The notes under the pieces were generated by a model. That model saw nothing but the letters and a program-made list of their open reading frames with translations, was not told where the DNA came from and ran no database searches. Below, one piece after another: positions 44,566-55,069 of a stretch of DNA of 64,000 nt. The position numbers and the translations under genes were made by a program. Source of the DNA: Thermodesulfovibrionales bacterium (lineage in GTDB: Bacteria > Nitrospirota > Thermodesulfovibrionia > Thermodesulfovibrionales > SM23-35); the NCBI GenBank assembly GCA_963727725.1, contig CAVSHJ010000034.1:94446-158445 (forward strand), given 5' to 3'. The first letter of the stretch is position 1, and each line of letters begins with the position of its first letter.

Positions 44566-46842
44566 ATGTCGGATAAAGCAAGCATTATAAAGGAAGCGCA
44601 GAAGTATCTTGCCCGCGGTCAGGTCGACAAAGCAATTTCTGAATGGGAGAAATTGATCAGGGAATCGCCTGACGGCAACACCTACAATATTATCGGCGAC
44701 CTGTATCTAAAAAAGGGCGACAGAACAGAAGCAATAGATTCATTTCATAAAGCCGCAGATTTCTTCCGGCATGAGGGTTTTTCTCTCAAGGCGCTTGCAC
44801 TTTATAAAAAGATACTGAATATAAACCCCGGGGATGCAAGGTCCCTTCTTGCCCTCGGCGAGCTGAACGAGAGCAAGGGACTTACTACAGACGCAATAAG
44901 GTTCTATCTCGCCGCGGCGGACACATTATCAAAGGAAGGAAACAAGGAAAAGCTGCTTGAGATATACGAAAAGATCCTTGCGCTCTCCCCGTCCAACATC
45001 CCCCTCAGGAGCAAGGTGGCAGAGATATATTTGAAAGAAGGCCTGATATCAGAGGCGGTGAAACAATACCTCCGCATCGCCAGGCTTTATGGCGAGAAGG
45101 GGGAAACGGAAAAGGCCATGGAATTTTACCGGAAGACGCTCGATACGCAGCCTCTCAACAGGGAGGCCATCTTTGAGCTGAACAATCTTTACGAGAGGAC
45201 CGGCAATCTGATGCAGGCGGTTGAACAGATGAGGGAAGCTGCGCACCTCTTCCCGCAGGATACGGATGTCATGCTCAGGATTGCCGAACTTGGTATTGCG
45301 GGCGGGACGTTTGCAGAAGCCAGGGAACATCTCGTGCAGATCAGGGAATTGGAGCCTGGAAATATCAGGGCCAGAAGGCTTCTGGGCGATCTGTATGTGA
45401 AAGAAGGTGACAGGGGGAAGGCATGGTCCGAATATCTGTCCGTTCTGGACGAAATATTGCTTGATGAGAACTACGAAGATGCGATAAAACTCCTTGAATC
45501 ATTCAAAGATATTGATCGGGTGGAGACAGGGAAGAGACTCGTTTCACTTTATATCCAGCTCGGCGACTCTCCCCGTGTTGTGCAGGAACTGACCGCCCTT
45601 GGCGAAGTGTTTATCGGACAGGGAAAGAAGAAAGAAGCCCTCAACTGTTACAGAGAAGCCCTCAAGACCGCACCCGGGGACGATTCCGTCAAGGCGAGGG
45701 TCCTCGAACTCGAGAAAGAGGTCGGCAAAGAGCATATAACGGTCGGTGAGAAGAAGACCTCTGAAGAGGCGATTATAGAAGCTGATATTTATATCAGGTA
45801 CGGCCTTTATGAAAATGCAAAAGGTGCACTCGAAGCCTTTATAGAAAGGGAGGCTGAAAACACAGATCTCCGCCTGAGACTGAAAGACGTTTACTCTGAA
45901 ACGGGCGATAAAGAGAAGGCAATCGGGGAATGTCTGGCCCTGAGTGAGCTCTACAAGAAAAAAGGTGATGTCGCAGACAGCAGGCGGATGATCAAGGAGG
46001 CGTATGAGATCAATCCGGAAGACCCGAGGCTGATCGGTCTGAAGGCGACTGTGCCGCCTGAAGAAGAAGTTGTGGTGACCGCGCCCGGGGGACCCTCAAT
46101 TGAAGATTACAGTGAGGAGATTGCAGAAGCTGATTTTTATTCGCGGCAGGGGCTTCTTGATGAGGCGCGGGAGATCCTGGAGAGGCTCCGAAATCTCTTC
46201 CCGGAGAATGAAGAGATAGGCCGGAAACTGGCTTCGCTCGACCATATAGGCGAAGGTGGAGAAGGAATTGTACGTGCAGAGGAAGCGGAGAAAGAGACTG
46301 CGGTTTCCGGGGGAGAGGTACTTGAAATAGAAGAAGTTCCGGAACCCGCTCTCGACAGCGATGTGATGGACATATTCAACGAATTCAAGAAAGGACTTGA
46401 AAAAGAGCTTGAAGAAGAAGATTATGAGACACACTACAATCTCGGAATAGCCTACAAGGAGATGGGACTCATTGATGACGCGATAAGGGAATTTCAGACG
46501 TCCCGCAATGACCCCGGGAGGTTCGTTGATTCCTCCGACATGCTGGGAATATGCTATATCGAAAAAGGCCTTTATCCGCTTGCGATAGATGTTCTCGGGA
46601 GTGCCGTAGAAAAGATGGAAGACAGGAATGAATCCTACTGGGTTATGAAATACGATCTTGCCGGGGCGTATGAAAAGAACGGCAACCTCAAAGAAGCTCT
46701 CAATCTCTATACAGAGGTCTACGGGTGGAATTCTAAATTCCGTGCGGTTTCTGATAAAATAGACGAGTTGAAAGCAAGCGCTGCAAAAGGTTTCGAGCAG
46801 AAGAAGCCGAAGGAGAAGAAGGACAGGGTATCATACCTTTAG
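44566..46842 (+). CDS. large TPR-repeat protein
   Basis: 758 aa with many TPR units throughout and an acidic linker region. Confidence 0.75.
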   Translation: MSDKASIIKEAQKYLARGQVDKAISEWEKLIRESPDGNTYNIIGDLYLKKGDRTEAIDSFHKAADFFRHEGFSLKALALYKKILNINPGDARSLLALGELNESKGLTTDAIRFYLAAADTLSKEGNKEKLLEIYEKILALSPSNIPLRSKVAEIYLKEGLISEAVKQYLRIARLYGEKGETEKAMEFYRKTLDTQPLNREAIFELNNLYERTGNLMQAVEQMREAAHLFPQDTDVMLRIAELGIAGGTFAEAREHLVQIRELEPGNIRARRLLGDLYVKEGDRGKAWSEYLSVLDEILLDENYEDAIKLLESFKDIDRVETGKRLVSLYIQLGDSPRVVQELTALGEVFIGQGKKKEALNCYREALKTAPGDDSVKARVLELEKEVGKEHITVGEKKTSEEAIIEADIYIRYGLYENAKGALEAFIEREAENTDLRLRLKDVYSETGDKEKAIGECLALSELYKKKGDVADSRRMIKEAYEINPEDPRLIGLKATVPPEEEVVVTAPGGPSIEDYSEEIAEADFYSRQGLLDEAREILERLRNLFPENEEIGRKLASLDHIGEGGEGIVRAEEAEKETAVSGGEVLEIEEVPEPALDSDVMDIFNEFKKGLEKELEEEDYETHYNLGIAYKEMGLIDDAIREFQTSRNDPGRFVDSSDMLGICYIEKGLYPLAIDVLGSAVEKMEDRNESYWVMKYDLAGAYEKNGNLKEALNLYTEVYGWNSKFRAVSDKIDELKASAAKGFEQKKPKEKKDRVSYL

Positions 46843-46891
46843 CCGGTCAGCTATCAAGCCGGCCGGCTGGTATGTTCGAGTCTTTTCAGCC

Positions 46892-46982
46892 GTCATTCCC
46901 GCGAATCCGCCTCAGGCGGAGGGAATCCAGGATTCTTTTTTTTAAAAAGAATGGATTCCCGATTACTACCTCGGGAATGACA
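46892..46982. repeat. composite GGAATGAC-type hairpin repeats
   Basis: GTCATTCCCGCGAATCCGCCTCAGGCGGAGGGAATCC, then an AT palindrome (GGATTCTTTTTTTTAAAAAGAATGG), then ATTCCCGA..TCGGGAATGAC. Confidence 0.65.
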
Positions 46983-47005
46983 ATCGGAGATATGGCTTAA
47001 GCAAA

Positions 47006-47830
47006 ATGGATTATCTGGAATATTACGGTCTTAAGGAACACCCGTTCTCAAATGTAGTCGACAGCAGGTTCTACTACAACAGTCACCTGCATTCAGACTC
47101 ACTGATCAAGCTCAGATATGCGGTGGATACAAAAAAAGGTCTCGCTGTTGTCATCGGCGGGATAGGCGCCGGCAAGACGACGCTTGCCAGAAGATTTCTC
47201 GAGGAAATGGATGAGAACGAATACGAGGCGGCACTCCTTGTAGTAGTTCACTCCAGCGTAAGTTCGGAGTGGCTCTTCAAGAAATTTGCACTGCAACTCG
47301 GCGTGAAAGACGTGAAAGATAATAAGGTGGAGCTTCTCACCCAGATATACAGGAGATTGTATGAGATTGCCGAGGAAGATAAGAAGGCTGTGGTGATGAT
47401 CGACGAAGTCCAGATGCTGAACTCAAAAGAGATCATGGAAGAGTTCAGAGGGCTCCTGAACATGGAATCAGCCGACGGGAAGATGCTGAATATTATTTTT
47501 TTCGGATTACCCGAACTGGAAGAAGTCCTTTCCCTGGACGAGCCGCTCAAACAGCGGGTGGCGGTAAAGATCAGGCTGAAGGAATTCTCCGAGAAAGATG
47601 CGAAGGACTACATAAAACACAGGCTCAATGTCGCCGGGTGTGACAAGGAGATATTTTCGGAAGAGGCTGTGCGGTTCATGTATCAGTATACGAACGGAAC
47701 TCCCAGGCTTATCAACACCGTGTGTGATAATGCCCTTCTTGAGGGTTACCTGGCGAAGACTAGCAAAATAGACAGTTCGACAATAAAGACGGTTGCCGTT
47801 GACCTGGGCTTAAGTGCCGGTGATAAATGA
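47006..47830 (+). CDS. ExeA-like AAA ATPase
   Basis: YYGLKEHPF N-terminus, Walker A GGIGAGKTT, Walker B VVMIDEVQ. This pattern is typical of ExeA / secretion-associated ATPases. Confidence 0.75.
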   Translation: MDYLEYYGLKEHPFSNVVDSRFYYNSHLHSDSLIKLRYAVDTKKGLAVVIGGIGAGKTTLARRFLEEMDENEYEAALLVVVHSSVSSEWLFKKFALQLGVKDVKDNKVELLTQIYRRLYEIAEEDKKAVVMIDEVQMLNSKEIMEEFRGLLNMESADGKMLNIIFFGLPELEEVLSLDEPLKQRVAVKIRLKEFSEKDAKDYIKHRLNVAGCDKEIFSEEAVRFMYQYTNGTPRLINTVCDNALLEGYLAKTSKIDSSTIKTVAVDLGLSAGDK

Positions 47831-48436
47831 GATGTCCTTGATTTTCAGTGTAACGGAATATCTGGAGAGTTCGATCCTGATTTTTGCGGGATACCATACA
47901 TCACCGGCCTTCTCCGGGTCTTCGTAAGACATAGTCAGTTCTTTTCCATCTTCGAGCGAAATTATCTGCCTCATCGGAAACATCGTCTTCCTGTCTATCC
48001 ACAACGTCCTCGCCATGTCTCTGAGGACATAACTGTTTTCTTTTTCTTCTATATCAAAATCTTTCAGGTCCCACCAGAAAAGACAATCCCTCAGCCCGTA
48101 CGTAAGTAGCATCCCCTTTCCGCTGTCAACCGGGGGAGAACTCTTTATCACGCCGTCTTCCGAGGATATCTGGAAAGCAAGAAAGCCGAACGAATATACC
48201 CTCATATTCATGTCGCCGTTCCGTGAAATATTCAGTACGCCGTCACCCTTCATTGTCGTATCGCCTTTTTCATACGATATGGAAAACCTGGTCTCTATTG
48301 CCGAAATATTCTTCCTCGAATCGAGCACGTCCCTGACGCCCACGCCTTCATACACGGGCATTTCGACACGCGGCCTCGCGCAGGAGGCCAGTAATAAACT
48401 AATGACCAAAAACAGAGTCGAGACAATCTTCAACAT
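47810..48436 (-). CDS. lipoprotein (LolB-fold/DUF4292-like, tentative)
   Basis: Lipobox LLLASC after MLKIVSTLFLVIS. About 208 aa, beta-rich. The family assignment is tentative. Confidence 0.5.
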   Translation of the reverse strand: MLKIVSTLFLVISLLLASCARPRVEMPVYEGVGVRDVLDSRKNISAIETRFSISYEKGDTTMKGDGVLNISRNGDMNMRVYSFGFLAFQISSEDGVIKSSPPVDSGKGMLLTYGLRDCLFWWDLKDFDIEEKENSYVLRDMARTLWIDRKTMFPMRQIISLEDGKELTMSYEDPEKAGDVWYPAKIRIELSRYSVTLKIKDISFITGT

Positions 48437-49766
48437 TTCTTGCTCCCGTAATCTCAAGTCCGAAATTGTTTTTTATTTTTTCAGAATTCCCGATGGGCAC
48501 CACTGCCTTTTTGAAGCCTATTTTTGCCGCTTCCTTTATACGTGTCTCAGCATAGGTCACGGCCCTTATCTCACCCGAGAGACCTACTTCGCCGAATACG
48601 AAGATTGCCGGATCAACCGGGACATCTTTGAGGGAGGACGCTATTGCCGTGATGATGCCGAGGTCAACAGCAGGTTCCGCCAATTTCAGTCCTCCCACGA
48701 CATTCACGAATATATCCATGCCGCCGAGATGGAGACCCACTTTCTTCTCAAGCACCGCGACGAGGAGGTTAACTCTGTTGAAGTCAACGCCTATAGTCGT
48801 CCGTCGCGGCATTCCGAAGCTGGTCTGGGAGACGAGTGACTGTATCTCGACCATGAGCGGCCTCGTGCCTTCTATGCTTGCTACAACTATCGAACCCGAA
48901 ACATTCAGCGCTCTTTCGAGCAGGAAGAGTTCGGAGGGGTTCGCGACCTCGATCAATCCGGCATCCGACATCTCAAAAATCCCTATTTCATTTGTTGAGC
49001 CGAAGCGGTTCTTAACGGTCCTGAGTATCCTGTATGCATGTCCCCTGTCCCCTTCGAAATAGAGCACCGTATCCACGATATGTTCGAGTATACGCGGGCC
49101 CGCGATCGACCCTTCTTTCGTTACGTGGCCCACAAGGAATACGGGTACTTCCGACCTTTTTGCGAACAGCATTAATTTTGCAGCACACTCTCTCACCTGG
49201 CTGACGGAGCCGGGTGCGGAAATGAGCTCTTCGGTGAAAACAGTCTGGACCGAATCTATCACAAGTGCGCCGGGGTTGAGTTTCACAGCGGTGTGGATGA
49301 TCGCTTCGAGAGATGTCTCTGAAAGCAGGATTATCCGGTCCGAATTTATCGAGAGTCTTTCCGCTCTCATCTTGATCTGATCGGGAGATTCTTCTCCGGA
49401 TACGTAAAGCACTTTGCCGTACTGCTGCGAAAGGCCGGAGAGGGACTGCAGGAGCAGCGTCGATTTCCCTATGCCCGGGTCTCCACCGATAAGCACCACC
49501 GAACCGGCAACGACCCCCCCGCCAAGTACCCTGTCGAGTTCATGAATCCGCGTTGACGTCCTCCGCCCTTCTCCGCCTGTGATCGAACTGAGAGGCTGTG
49601 GTTCGGATCTCCCGAGATGGGAAGCGACTGAGGATTGACGGGTAACATTTTCTTTCCTCTCCTCGGTAAAACTGTTCCATGCGCCGCAGTCCGGACACTT
49701 TCCAAGCCACTTCGGACTGACGTAGCCGCATGCCTGGCATTGAAAAAAGGTTTTAACCTTCGACAT
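48399..49766 (-). CDS. radA: DNA repair protein RadA/Sms
   Basis: N-terminal Zn finger (CQACGY...CPDCGAWNSF), Walker A GDPGIGKST, KNRFG motif and a Lon-like C-terminus. Confidence 0.9.
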   Translation of the reverse strand: MSKVKTFFQCQACGYVSPKWLGKCPDCGAWNSFTEERKENVTRQSSVASHLGRSEPQPLSSITGGEGRRTSTRIHELDRVLGGGVVAGSVVLIGGDPGIGKSTLLLQSLSGLSQQYGKVLYVSGEESPDQIKMRAERLSINSDRIILLSETSLEAIIHTAVKLNPGALVIDSVQTVFTEELISAPGSVSQVRECAAKLMLFAKRSEVPVFLVGHVTKEGSIAGPRILEHIVDTVLYFEGDRGHAYRILRTVKNRFGSTNEIGIFEMSDAGLIEVANPSELFLLERALNVSGSIVVASIEGTRPLMVEIQSLVSQTSFGMPRRTTIGVDFNRVNLLVAVLEKKVGLHLGGMDIFVNVVGGLKLAEPAVDLGIITAIASSLKDVPVDPAIFVFGEVGLSGEIRAVTYAETRIKEAAKIGFKKAVVPIGNSEKIKNNFGLEITGARNVEDCLDSVFGH

Positions 49767-49826
49767 ATTATCCCTGTAATTTTAACATAGCGCGGCAGAG
49801 TCTTTGGACATTCAGAATGAACCGGG

Positions 49827-50588
49827 TTAGAGGTTGAGCAGGCCCATGCCGCTGCCGGGATGATAGGCTCGCTTTATTGCGTCGCTGATGAACTCTTTTG
49901 ACCTTCTGACGGCTTCAAGAGGATTGTGGCCGAGGGCGAGCAGTGCAGTCACAGCTGCGGAAAACGCACATCCTGTGCCATGGTATTCTCCCCTTATTTT
50001 TTCTCCTTCTATGGAGTGGAAGTCTCCGTCAAAATACAGGTCAAGAGCGATTTCCTCAAGGTGTCCTCCCGTAATAACCACGACATCAGGCCCGGTTTCT
50101 TTCAAAGCCATGGCAGCTTCCTCCATGCCCTTCCTGTCTTCGATCATGATACCCGTCAGGACGGATGCCTCATAGATATTGGGAGTTATAACTCTTGATA
50201 ACGGGAAAAGCTTCTCTCTCATCAGGTCCAATGTGCCGTTTTCAACAAGGCTCATTCCGGACGAAGACACGGTGACAGGGTCGATAACAAGGTTTTTCAA
50301 TGAATACTCCGTCACTATCCGGGAAATAACTCCGACTACGTAACTGCCGTAAAGCATGCCAAGTTTAAGGGCGTCAGGCTTAATATCGGAGAGGAGGGTG
50401 CGAAGCTGTTTCTCAAATGCAATTTTTTCGACAGGAAAGACGGAATCCACACCCTGCGTATTCTGCGCCGTAATTGCAGATACTACAGAGAGACCATGGA
50501 CTTCAAATGACTTGAAGACCTTCAGGTCCGCCTGGAGCCCTGCACCGCCGGTCGGGTCCGAACCTGCTATGGTTAGAGCTGTCTTCAT
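49827..50588 (-). CDS. thiD: hydroxymethylpyrimidine/phosphomethylpyrimidine kinase
   Basis: [23 protein letters not shown] and GTGCAFSAA motifs. Confidence 0.9.
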   Translation of the reverse strand: MKTALTIAGSDPTGGAGLQADLKVFKSFEVHGLSVVSAITAQNTQGVDSVFPVEKIAFEKQLRTLLSDIKPDALKLGMLYGSYVVGVISRIVTEYSLKNLVIDPVTVSSSGMSLVENGTLDLMREKLFPLSRVITPNIYEASVLTGIMIEDRKGMEEAAMALKETGPDVVVITGGHLEEIALDLYFDGDFHSIEGEKIRGEYHGTGCAFSAAVTALLALGHNPLEAVRRSKEFISDAIKRAYHPGSGMGLLNL

Positions 50589-50649
50589 TTAATCAAATAT
50601 AACATATGCACTGCATACATCCTAACTTCATCCTTCATTATTCAAACAA

Positions 50650-50815
50650 AGTCACTGGATTCCGGCTCAACACACCGCCGGAATGACAGCCTTGACAACT
50701 GAATGTTTTTCTATTTGTCATGCCGGACTTGATCCGGCATCCAGCGACTTAAAGGCAAAGTCACTGGATGCCGGTTGGAGCTTACCCCGTATTTGATACT
50801 GGGCCGGAATGAGGC
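50650..50815. repeat. cluster of GGAATGAC-type hairpin repeats
   Basis: AAAGTCACTGGATTCCGGC...GCCGGAATGACA, GTCATGCCGGACTTGATCCGGCATCC and AAAGTCACTGGATGCCGG...GGCCGGAATGAGG lie between thiD and thiC. Confidence 0.6.
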
Positions 50816-50845
50816 CCCACACTAAACTCTGAAGGCATAAGCAGG

Positions 50846-52134
50846 TCATTTCTTTTTCTTGAGCGCCCGTTCAACTGTCCTGATCGCACAGAATTCCCCG
50901 CACATGCTGCAGACATCCTGTTCCGCACGGCGGCGCCTCTGAACGCCAGGCCCTTACCTTGTCCGGGTCAAAACTCAGACTCTATCTGTCCGTTCCAGTC
51001 AAGATTCTTCCTGCATGCCGCCATCTTTCTGTCCGGTTCCATCGCGCCCGGAACGCCCTTTGCGATATCTGCGGCATGGGCCGCTATCTTTGAGGCGATA
51101 AGCCCCTCCTTGACGTCTTCGATATTCGGAAGCCTGATATGTTCAGCCGGCGTCACATAGCAGAGGAAATCGGCTCCCGCCGCACCGGCGATCGCGCCTC
51201 CAATGGCTGCAGCTATATGGTCGTACCCTACGGCGATATCGGTAACCAACGGTCCCAGGACATAGAACGGCGCACCTTTGCATATCTCTTTCTGGATCTT
51301 TATATTCAATTCCACCTGGTTCAGGGGCACATGCCCCGGACCTTCAACGATGGTCTGGATCCCTTTTTCGAGCGCCCTGTCCCTCAACTCCCCTATAGTC
51401 AGCAGCTCCTCGATCTGGGTCCTGTCTGTCGCGTCTTCAAGGCAGCCGGGACGCAACCCGTCACCAAGGCTCAGGGTCAGATCATATTTTTTTGCGATTT
51501 CCAGGAGCCTGTCATATTGTTCATATAGCGGGTTTTCCCTGTCGTTATAGACCATCCATTCAAGAAGGAATGAACCGCCGCGACTTACTATATCGAGAAC
51601 TCTACCTTCTTCCCTGAGCCTTTCGACCGCCTTAAGCGTAAGCCCGCAGTGCACTGTCACAAAATCAACTCCCTCTTCCGCATGCTCCTCTATGACATGA
51701 AAAATGTCGTCGGGCTTCATCTTTGAGATCGTACCATAAGTCTCTGCGGCTATAATCGCCGCCTCGTAAACAGGGACCGTGCCGACAGAAATCGGCGATT
51801 TCTTGAGAAGAAGCTTTCTCAGGTCTCTGATCGGTCCTCCTGTGGAAAGGTCCATCACCGCGTCAGCACCATATCTAATGAGTACGTCAAGCTTTTCCAT
51901 TTCGTCATCAAAAGACATCTTGTCCTTTGACGTCCCTATATTGGCGTTGACCTTTGTCTTCAATCCCCTGCCGATGCCGATAGGATTTATGGTGCGTATT
52001 CTGTTCCTCGGGATAACGGTCACACCCTCAGCGATATCGGAACACAACTTCTCTGGCGCTATACCCTCCGAAAGCGCTACTTCTTTCATTTCGTCAGTGA
52101 TAATCCCCTTTTTTGCTATTTCTATCCTTGTCAT
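50846..52134 (-). pseudogene. thiC: phosphomethylpyrimidine synthase; 2 frameshifts in the 3' end
   Basis: The ThiC core is intact in ORF 50968-52134. The conserved C-terminus (LSFDPDKVRAW..., then DVCSMCGEFCAIRTVERALKKKK*) continues in two other frames. Shifts near 50975 and 50925. Confidence 0.85.
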
Positions 52135-52811
52135 TTCAGAAACCTCAAAAATTCTTCGGTTGATTGTTTCACGTCCTTTGCTGCAAGAATCGCGGATATC
52201 ATTGCAACGCCGTCAGCACCAGCCTCCCTTACTTCTTTCGCCTTACCGGACTTTATTCCGCCTATTGCAAAAACAGGTATGGACACGCGAGATTTTACTT
52301 TTCTGAGTGTATGGACGCCGATTGGGTCGCCATACTTGAGTTTGGAAGGCGTCTTGTAAATGGGGCCAAGAGTAATGAAATCTGCTCCGTCTACTTCTGC
52401 CTTAACAGCCTCATCAACGCTGTGGGTAGAAACACCTATCAGGAGTTTACCGCGCGCGATCTTTCTGACCGCATATGCGGGCATGCTTTCCTGTCCGAGA
52501 TGTACCCCGTCTGCTTCAATCGAAAGTGCAACGTCGACCCTGTCATTTATCATGAGCCTGGCGCCGTATTCTCTTGTCAGCTCCCGCACCCATCCGGCAA
52601 CATCAAGCAGTTCCCTGACGGATAAATCTTTTTCCCTCAGCTGAATAAGCTTCACACCCGCCTCAAGCGCAGTTTCGAGCGCAAGATACATCTGACATCG
52701 ACTGCTGAACAATTTCCTGTCAGTTATCAGGTAGAGTTTTTCTTTCAGTTTTGACTTCTGACTTTTTACTTTCAATTCTTTACTCTTTATCTCTTGACTC
52801 TTAACTTTCAA
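52131..52811 (-). CDS. thiE: thiamine-phosphate synthase
   Basis: LYLITDR...LIQLREKD...INDRVD...GVHLGQ motifs. The Lys/Ser-rich first ~25 codons derive from a low-complexity repeat, so the true start is uncertain. Confidence 0.8.
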   Translation of the reverse strand: MKVKSQEIKSKELKVKSQKSKLKEKLYLITDRKLFSSRCQMYLALETALEAGVKLIQLREKDLSVRELLDVAGWVRELTREYGARLMINDRVDVALSIEADGVHLGQESMPAYAVRKIARGKLLIGVSTHSVDEAVKAEVDGADFITLGPIYKTPSKLKYGDPIGVHTLRKVKSRVSIPVFAIGGIKSGKAKEVREAGADGVAMISAILAAKDVKQSTEEFLRFLK

Positions 52812-52852
52812 CTTTTAACTCATAACTCTTCACGCTTTACTCTTTACGTTTC

Positions 52853-53623
52853 TTAGAGCATACCCTCTATCGGGCTGCTTGCCGTGGCGTAGAGTTTCTT
52901 CGGAATCCTGCCTGCTCTATAGGCAAGCCTGCCCGCAATGACAGCATGCTTCATCGCTTCCGCCATCGCAACAGGGTCTTTAGCCCCTGCGATACCGGTA
53001 TTGATCAAAACTGCGTCACATCCGAGTTCCATTGCAACGGCGGCATCAGATGCAGTCCCCACCCCTGCATCAACAATAACAGGAAGCTTCACGGTCTCAA
53101 GAATTATCTTTATGTTGTAAGGGTTCCTTATTCCGAGTCCCGAGCCTATGGGAGCGCCGAGGGGCATAACAGCAGCGGCCCCCGCCTCTTCAAGCCTCCT
53201 GGCCATTACAGGGTCGTCGTTTGTATAGGGAAGCACTATGAAGCCTTCTTTTGCAAGTATCCCGGTTGCTTTCAATAGTCCCCAGGTATCCGGGAATAGT
53301 GTCTTTTCATCACCGATTACCTCGAGTTTTATCAGGTCCGATATGCCCGCTTCCCTTGCAAGCCGCGCATATCTCAGGGCGTCTTCAACGGTATAGCAGC
53401 CGGCGGTATTCGGCAATATCTTATATTTAGCCGGGTCGATATAATCGAGGAGATTCTCAGATTTCCTGTCGATAATGTTCACTCTCCTCACAGCAACAGT
53501 CACCACGTCTGCACCCGAGGCTTCAACAGCTTTTCTAGTCTCCTCAAAATCCTTATACTTGCCTGTGCCGACCCAAAGTCTTGAGCGGAACTCAATGCCT
53601 CTGATAATCAATTCATCACTCAT
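52853..53623 (-). CDS. thiG: thiazole synthase
   Basis: LWVGTGKY...ILPNTAGC...[11 protein letters not shown] motifs. 256 aa. Confidence 0.9.
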   Translation of the reverse strand: MSDELIIRGIEFRSRLWVGTGKYKDFEETRKAVEASGADVVTVAVRRVNIIDRKSENLLDYIDPAKYKILPNTAGCYTVEDALRYARLAREAGISDLIKLEVIGDEKTLFPDTWGLLKATGILAKEGFIVLPYTNDDPVMARRLEEAGAAAVMPLGAPIGSGLGIRNPYNIKIILETVKLPVIVDAGVGTASDAAVAMELGCDAVLINTGIAGAKDPVAMAEAMKHAVIAGRLAYRAGRIPKKLYATASSPIEGML

Positions 53624-53710
53624 ATTTTCTCCTTATGCTCTGATCAATTTTATGATGCACCACCGGAGATACAGTAATTTCGCTCGTCGAAATTTACTTC
53701 ATGCTATAAA

Positions 53711-53853
53711 TTCTTAAAGATCTAGAAGTTGTTTAAGTCTCCTAATTCTGTCATTCTGGCTTGTCCGGAATCTCTCTTTGCTTGCAGAAGGATTCCCGAC
53801 AAGCGGGAATGACAAGCGAACACCTCAATCATTAGAGCAAGTTCGCCATGAAT
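53711..53853. repeat. ~143-bp MITE-like double-hairpin element (copy B)
   Basis: It aligns end to end with the reverse complement of 23998-24140. It contains GTCATTCTGGCTTGTCCGGAATC and GGATTCCCGACAAGCGGGAATGAC hairpins and ends in AGTTCGCCATGAATAA. Confidence 0.7.
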
Positions 53854-53902
53854 AATTTGGATTGACTTTCACCTAACTTCTTAACTTCTCTCAACCGGTG
53901 TA

Positions 53903-54103
53903 TCATCCCCCTCCGACAAAATTTACTATCTCCACTTTATCTCCGTCATTAAGCTTGAATGTCGTGTAATCAGTTTTCCTGATTATGGACAGGTTTACCT
54001 CAACAGCAACCTTGCCCGGTTCGATTCCAAGTTCGCGGAGAAGCTCTGTTATGGTCGCAGGCGTTGAAGTTTCAAATAATTCACCGTTTACTGTCAGTCT
54101 CAT
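53903..54103 (-). CDS. thiS: sulfur carrier protein ThiS
   Basis: 66 aa from MRLTVNGE, ending in ...VNFVGGG (C-terminal GG). The ORF-track ATG at 54121 lies inside the riboswitch terminator stem. Confidence 0.85.
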   Translation of the reverse strand: MRLTVNGELFETSTPATITELLRELGIEPGKVAVEVNLSIIRKTDYTTFKLNDGDKVEIVNFVGGG

Positions 54104-54108
54104 AAAAT

Positions 54109-54136
54109 AAAAAAACCGCATCCCTGAGGGATACGG
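54109..54136 (-). terminator. riboswitch expression-platform terminator
   Basis: On the minus strand: CCGUAUCCC-UCA-GGGAUGCGG followed by U7. The 5' arm overlaps the 3' strand of the aptamer P1 helix. Confidence 0.65.
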
Positions 54137-54237
54137 CTCACCTTCCCATTCCCTACGCCGGCATTGTCCGTATCAGGTTCAAGGGGTCTCTCCCGTAATC
54201 TTTCGGAAGATTCTCAGGCTCTTAAGCCTCCCCCAGG
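54122..54237 (-). ncRNA. TPP (THI-box) riboswitch
   Basis: The minus strand reads CCCUGGGG...CCUGAGA...ACCCCUUGAACCUGAUACGGACAAUGCCGGCGUAGGGAA...CCCUCAGGG. This contains the conserved CUGAGA and ACCUGAU..GG.UAAU.CC.GCG.AGGGA cores. It lies upstream of thiS-thiG-thiE-thiC. Confidence 0.85.
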
Positions 54238-54322
54238 GTATATTTAAGTATAGATAAGTCCCGAAGCGAAGTCAACGGACCCCATGCCGTCTATAAATTT
54301 CCTGATACGCAGAGAGTCGGAT

Positions 54323-55066
54323 TCAGTCAGAACACAGGGAATTTATCTTGTGTGCAAGGCATCCCGCCCCAAAGCCGTTGTCGATGTTCATCACGGCAAT
54401 CCCCGGCACGCATGAATTGAGCATCGCAAAGAGAGCGGTCATACCGCCGAGACTGGTCCCGTAGCCTACCGACGTGGGGACTGCAACAATCGGCTTATCC
54501 GAAAGACCGCCCACGACGGAAGGGAGGGCGCCTTCCATACCGGCAACGACTACAATGACCTTTGCTGAAATGAGAAATTTTTTTGCATCCATAAGGCGGT
54601 GAATACCTGCTATGCCGATATCATAGACGGTCTCGACTCTGCTGCCGAGGAACGAAGCGGTTACGGCCGCTTCGTCGGCGACCGGGATATCGGATGTTCC
54701 GGCAGAAAGTACGAGTACGCGACCCTTTTTCTTTCTCTCGCCGTTTACCGCTATAGTCTTCGACAGATGAGAGAATGCGGCGCCCTTGATGTTCAGTTTC
54801 TTGAATATTTCTTTTGACCCCTTTGTTATGAGCAGTTTCCTGCTTTTCCTGTATAGCGCGCGCGCTATGGCGATGACCTCTTCTTCTCTCTTGCCTTCGG
54901 CGAATATGACTTCGGGGATTCCCTGCCTCAGGTGCCTGTGGTGGTCAACTTTTGCAAAAGACAGGTCTTCGTAGGGCAGATGTTTCAGGGTATCCAATGC
55001 GTCTTGAACGCTGATCTTGCCGGTCTGAACCGATTTAAGAATATTTCTGATTCTTGAGCCGTCCAT
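54323..55066 (-). CDS. larB: nickel-pincer cofactor biosynthesis protein LarB (PurE-like)
   Basis: N-terminal DHHR..R.G.PEVIF and C-terminal AIR-carboxylase-like AGMEGALPSVVGGL...VPTSVGYG motifs. Confidence 0.75.
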   Translation of the reverse strand: MDGSRIRNILKSVQTGKISVQDALDTLKHLPYEDLSFAKVDHHRHLRQGIPEVIFAEGKREEEVIAIARALYRKSRKLLITKGSKEIFKKLNIKGAAFSHLSKTIAVNGERKKKGRVLVLSAGTSDIPVADEAAVTASFLGSRVETVYDIGIAGIHRLMDAKKFLISAKVIVVVAGMEGALPSVVGGLSDKPIVAVPTSVGYGTSLGGMTALFAMLNSCVPGIAVMNIDNGFGAGCLAHKINSLCSD

Positions 55067-55069
55067 ATT

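Noticed and set aside
52737-52811. Lys/Ser-rich N-terminal extension of ThiE (MKVKSQEIKSKELKVKSQKSKLKEK)
   Set aside because: It is encoded by low-complexity purine-rich repeat DNA that continues upstream into the intergenic region. It is likely an ORF-extension artefact rather than a real domain.
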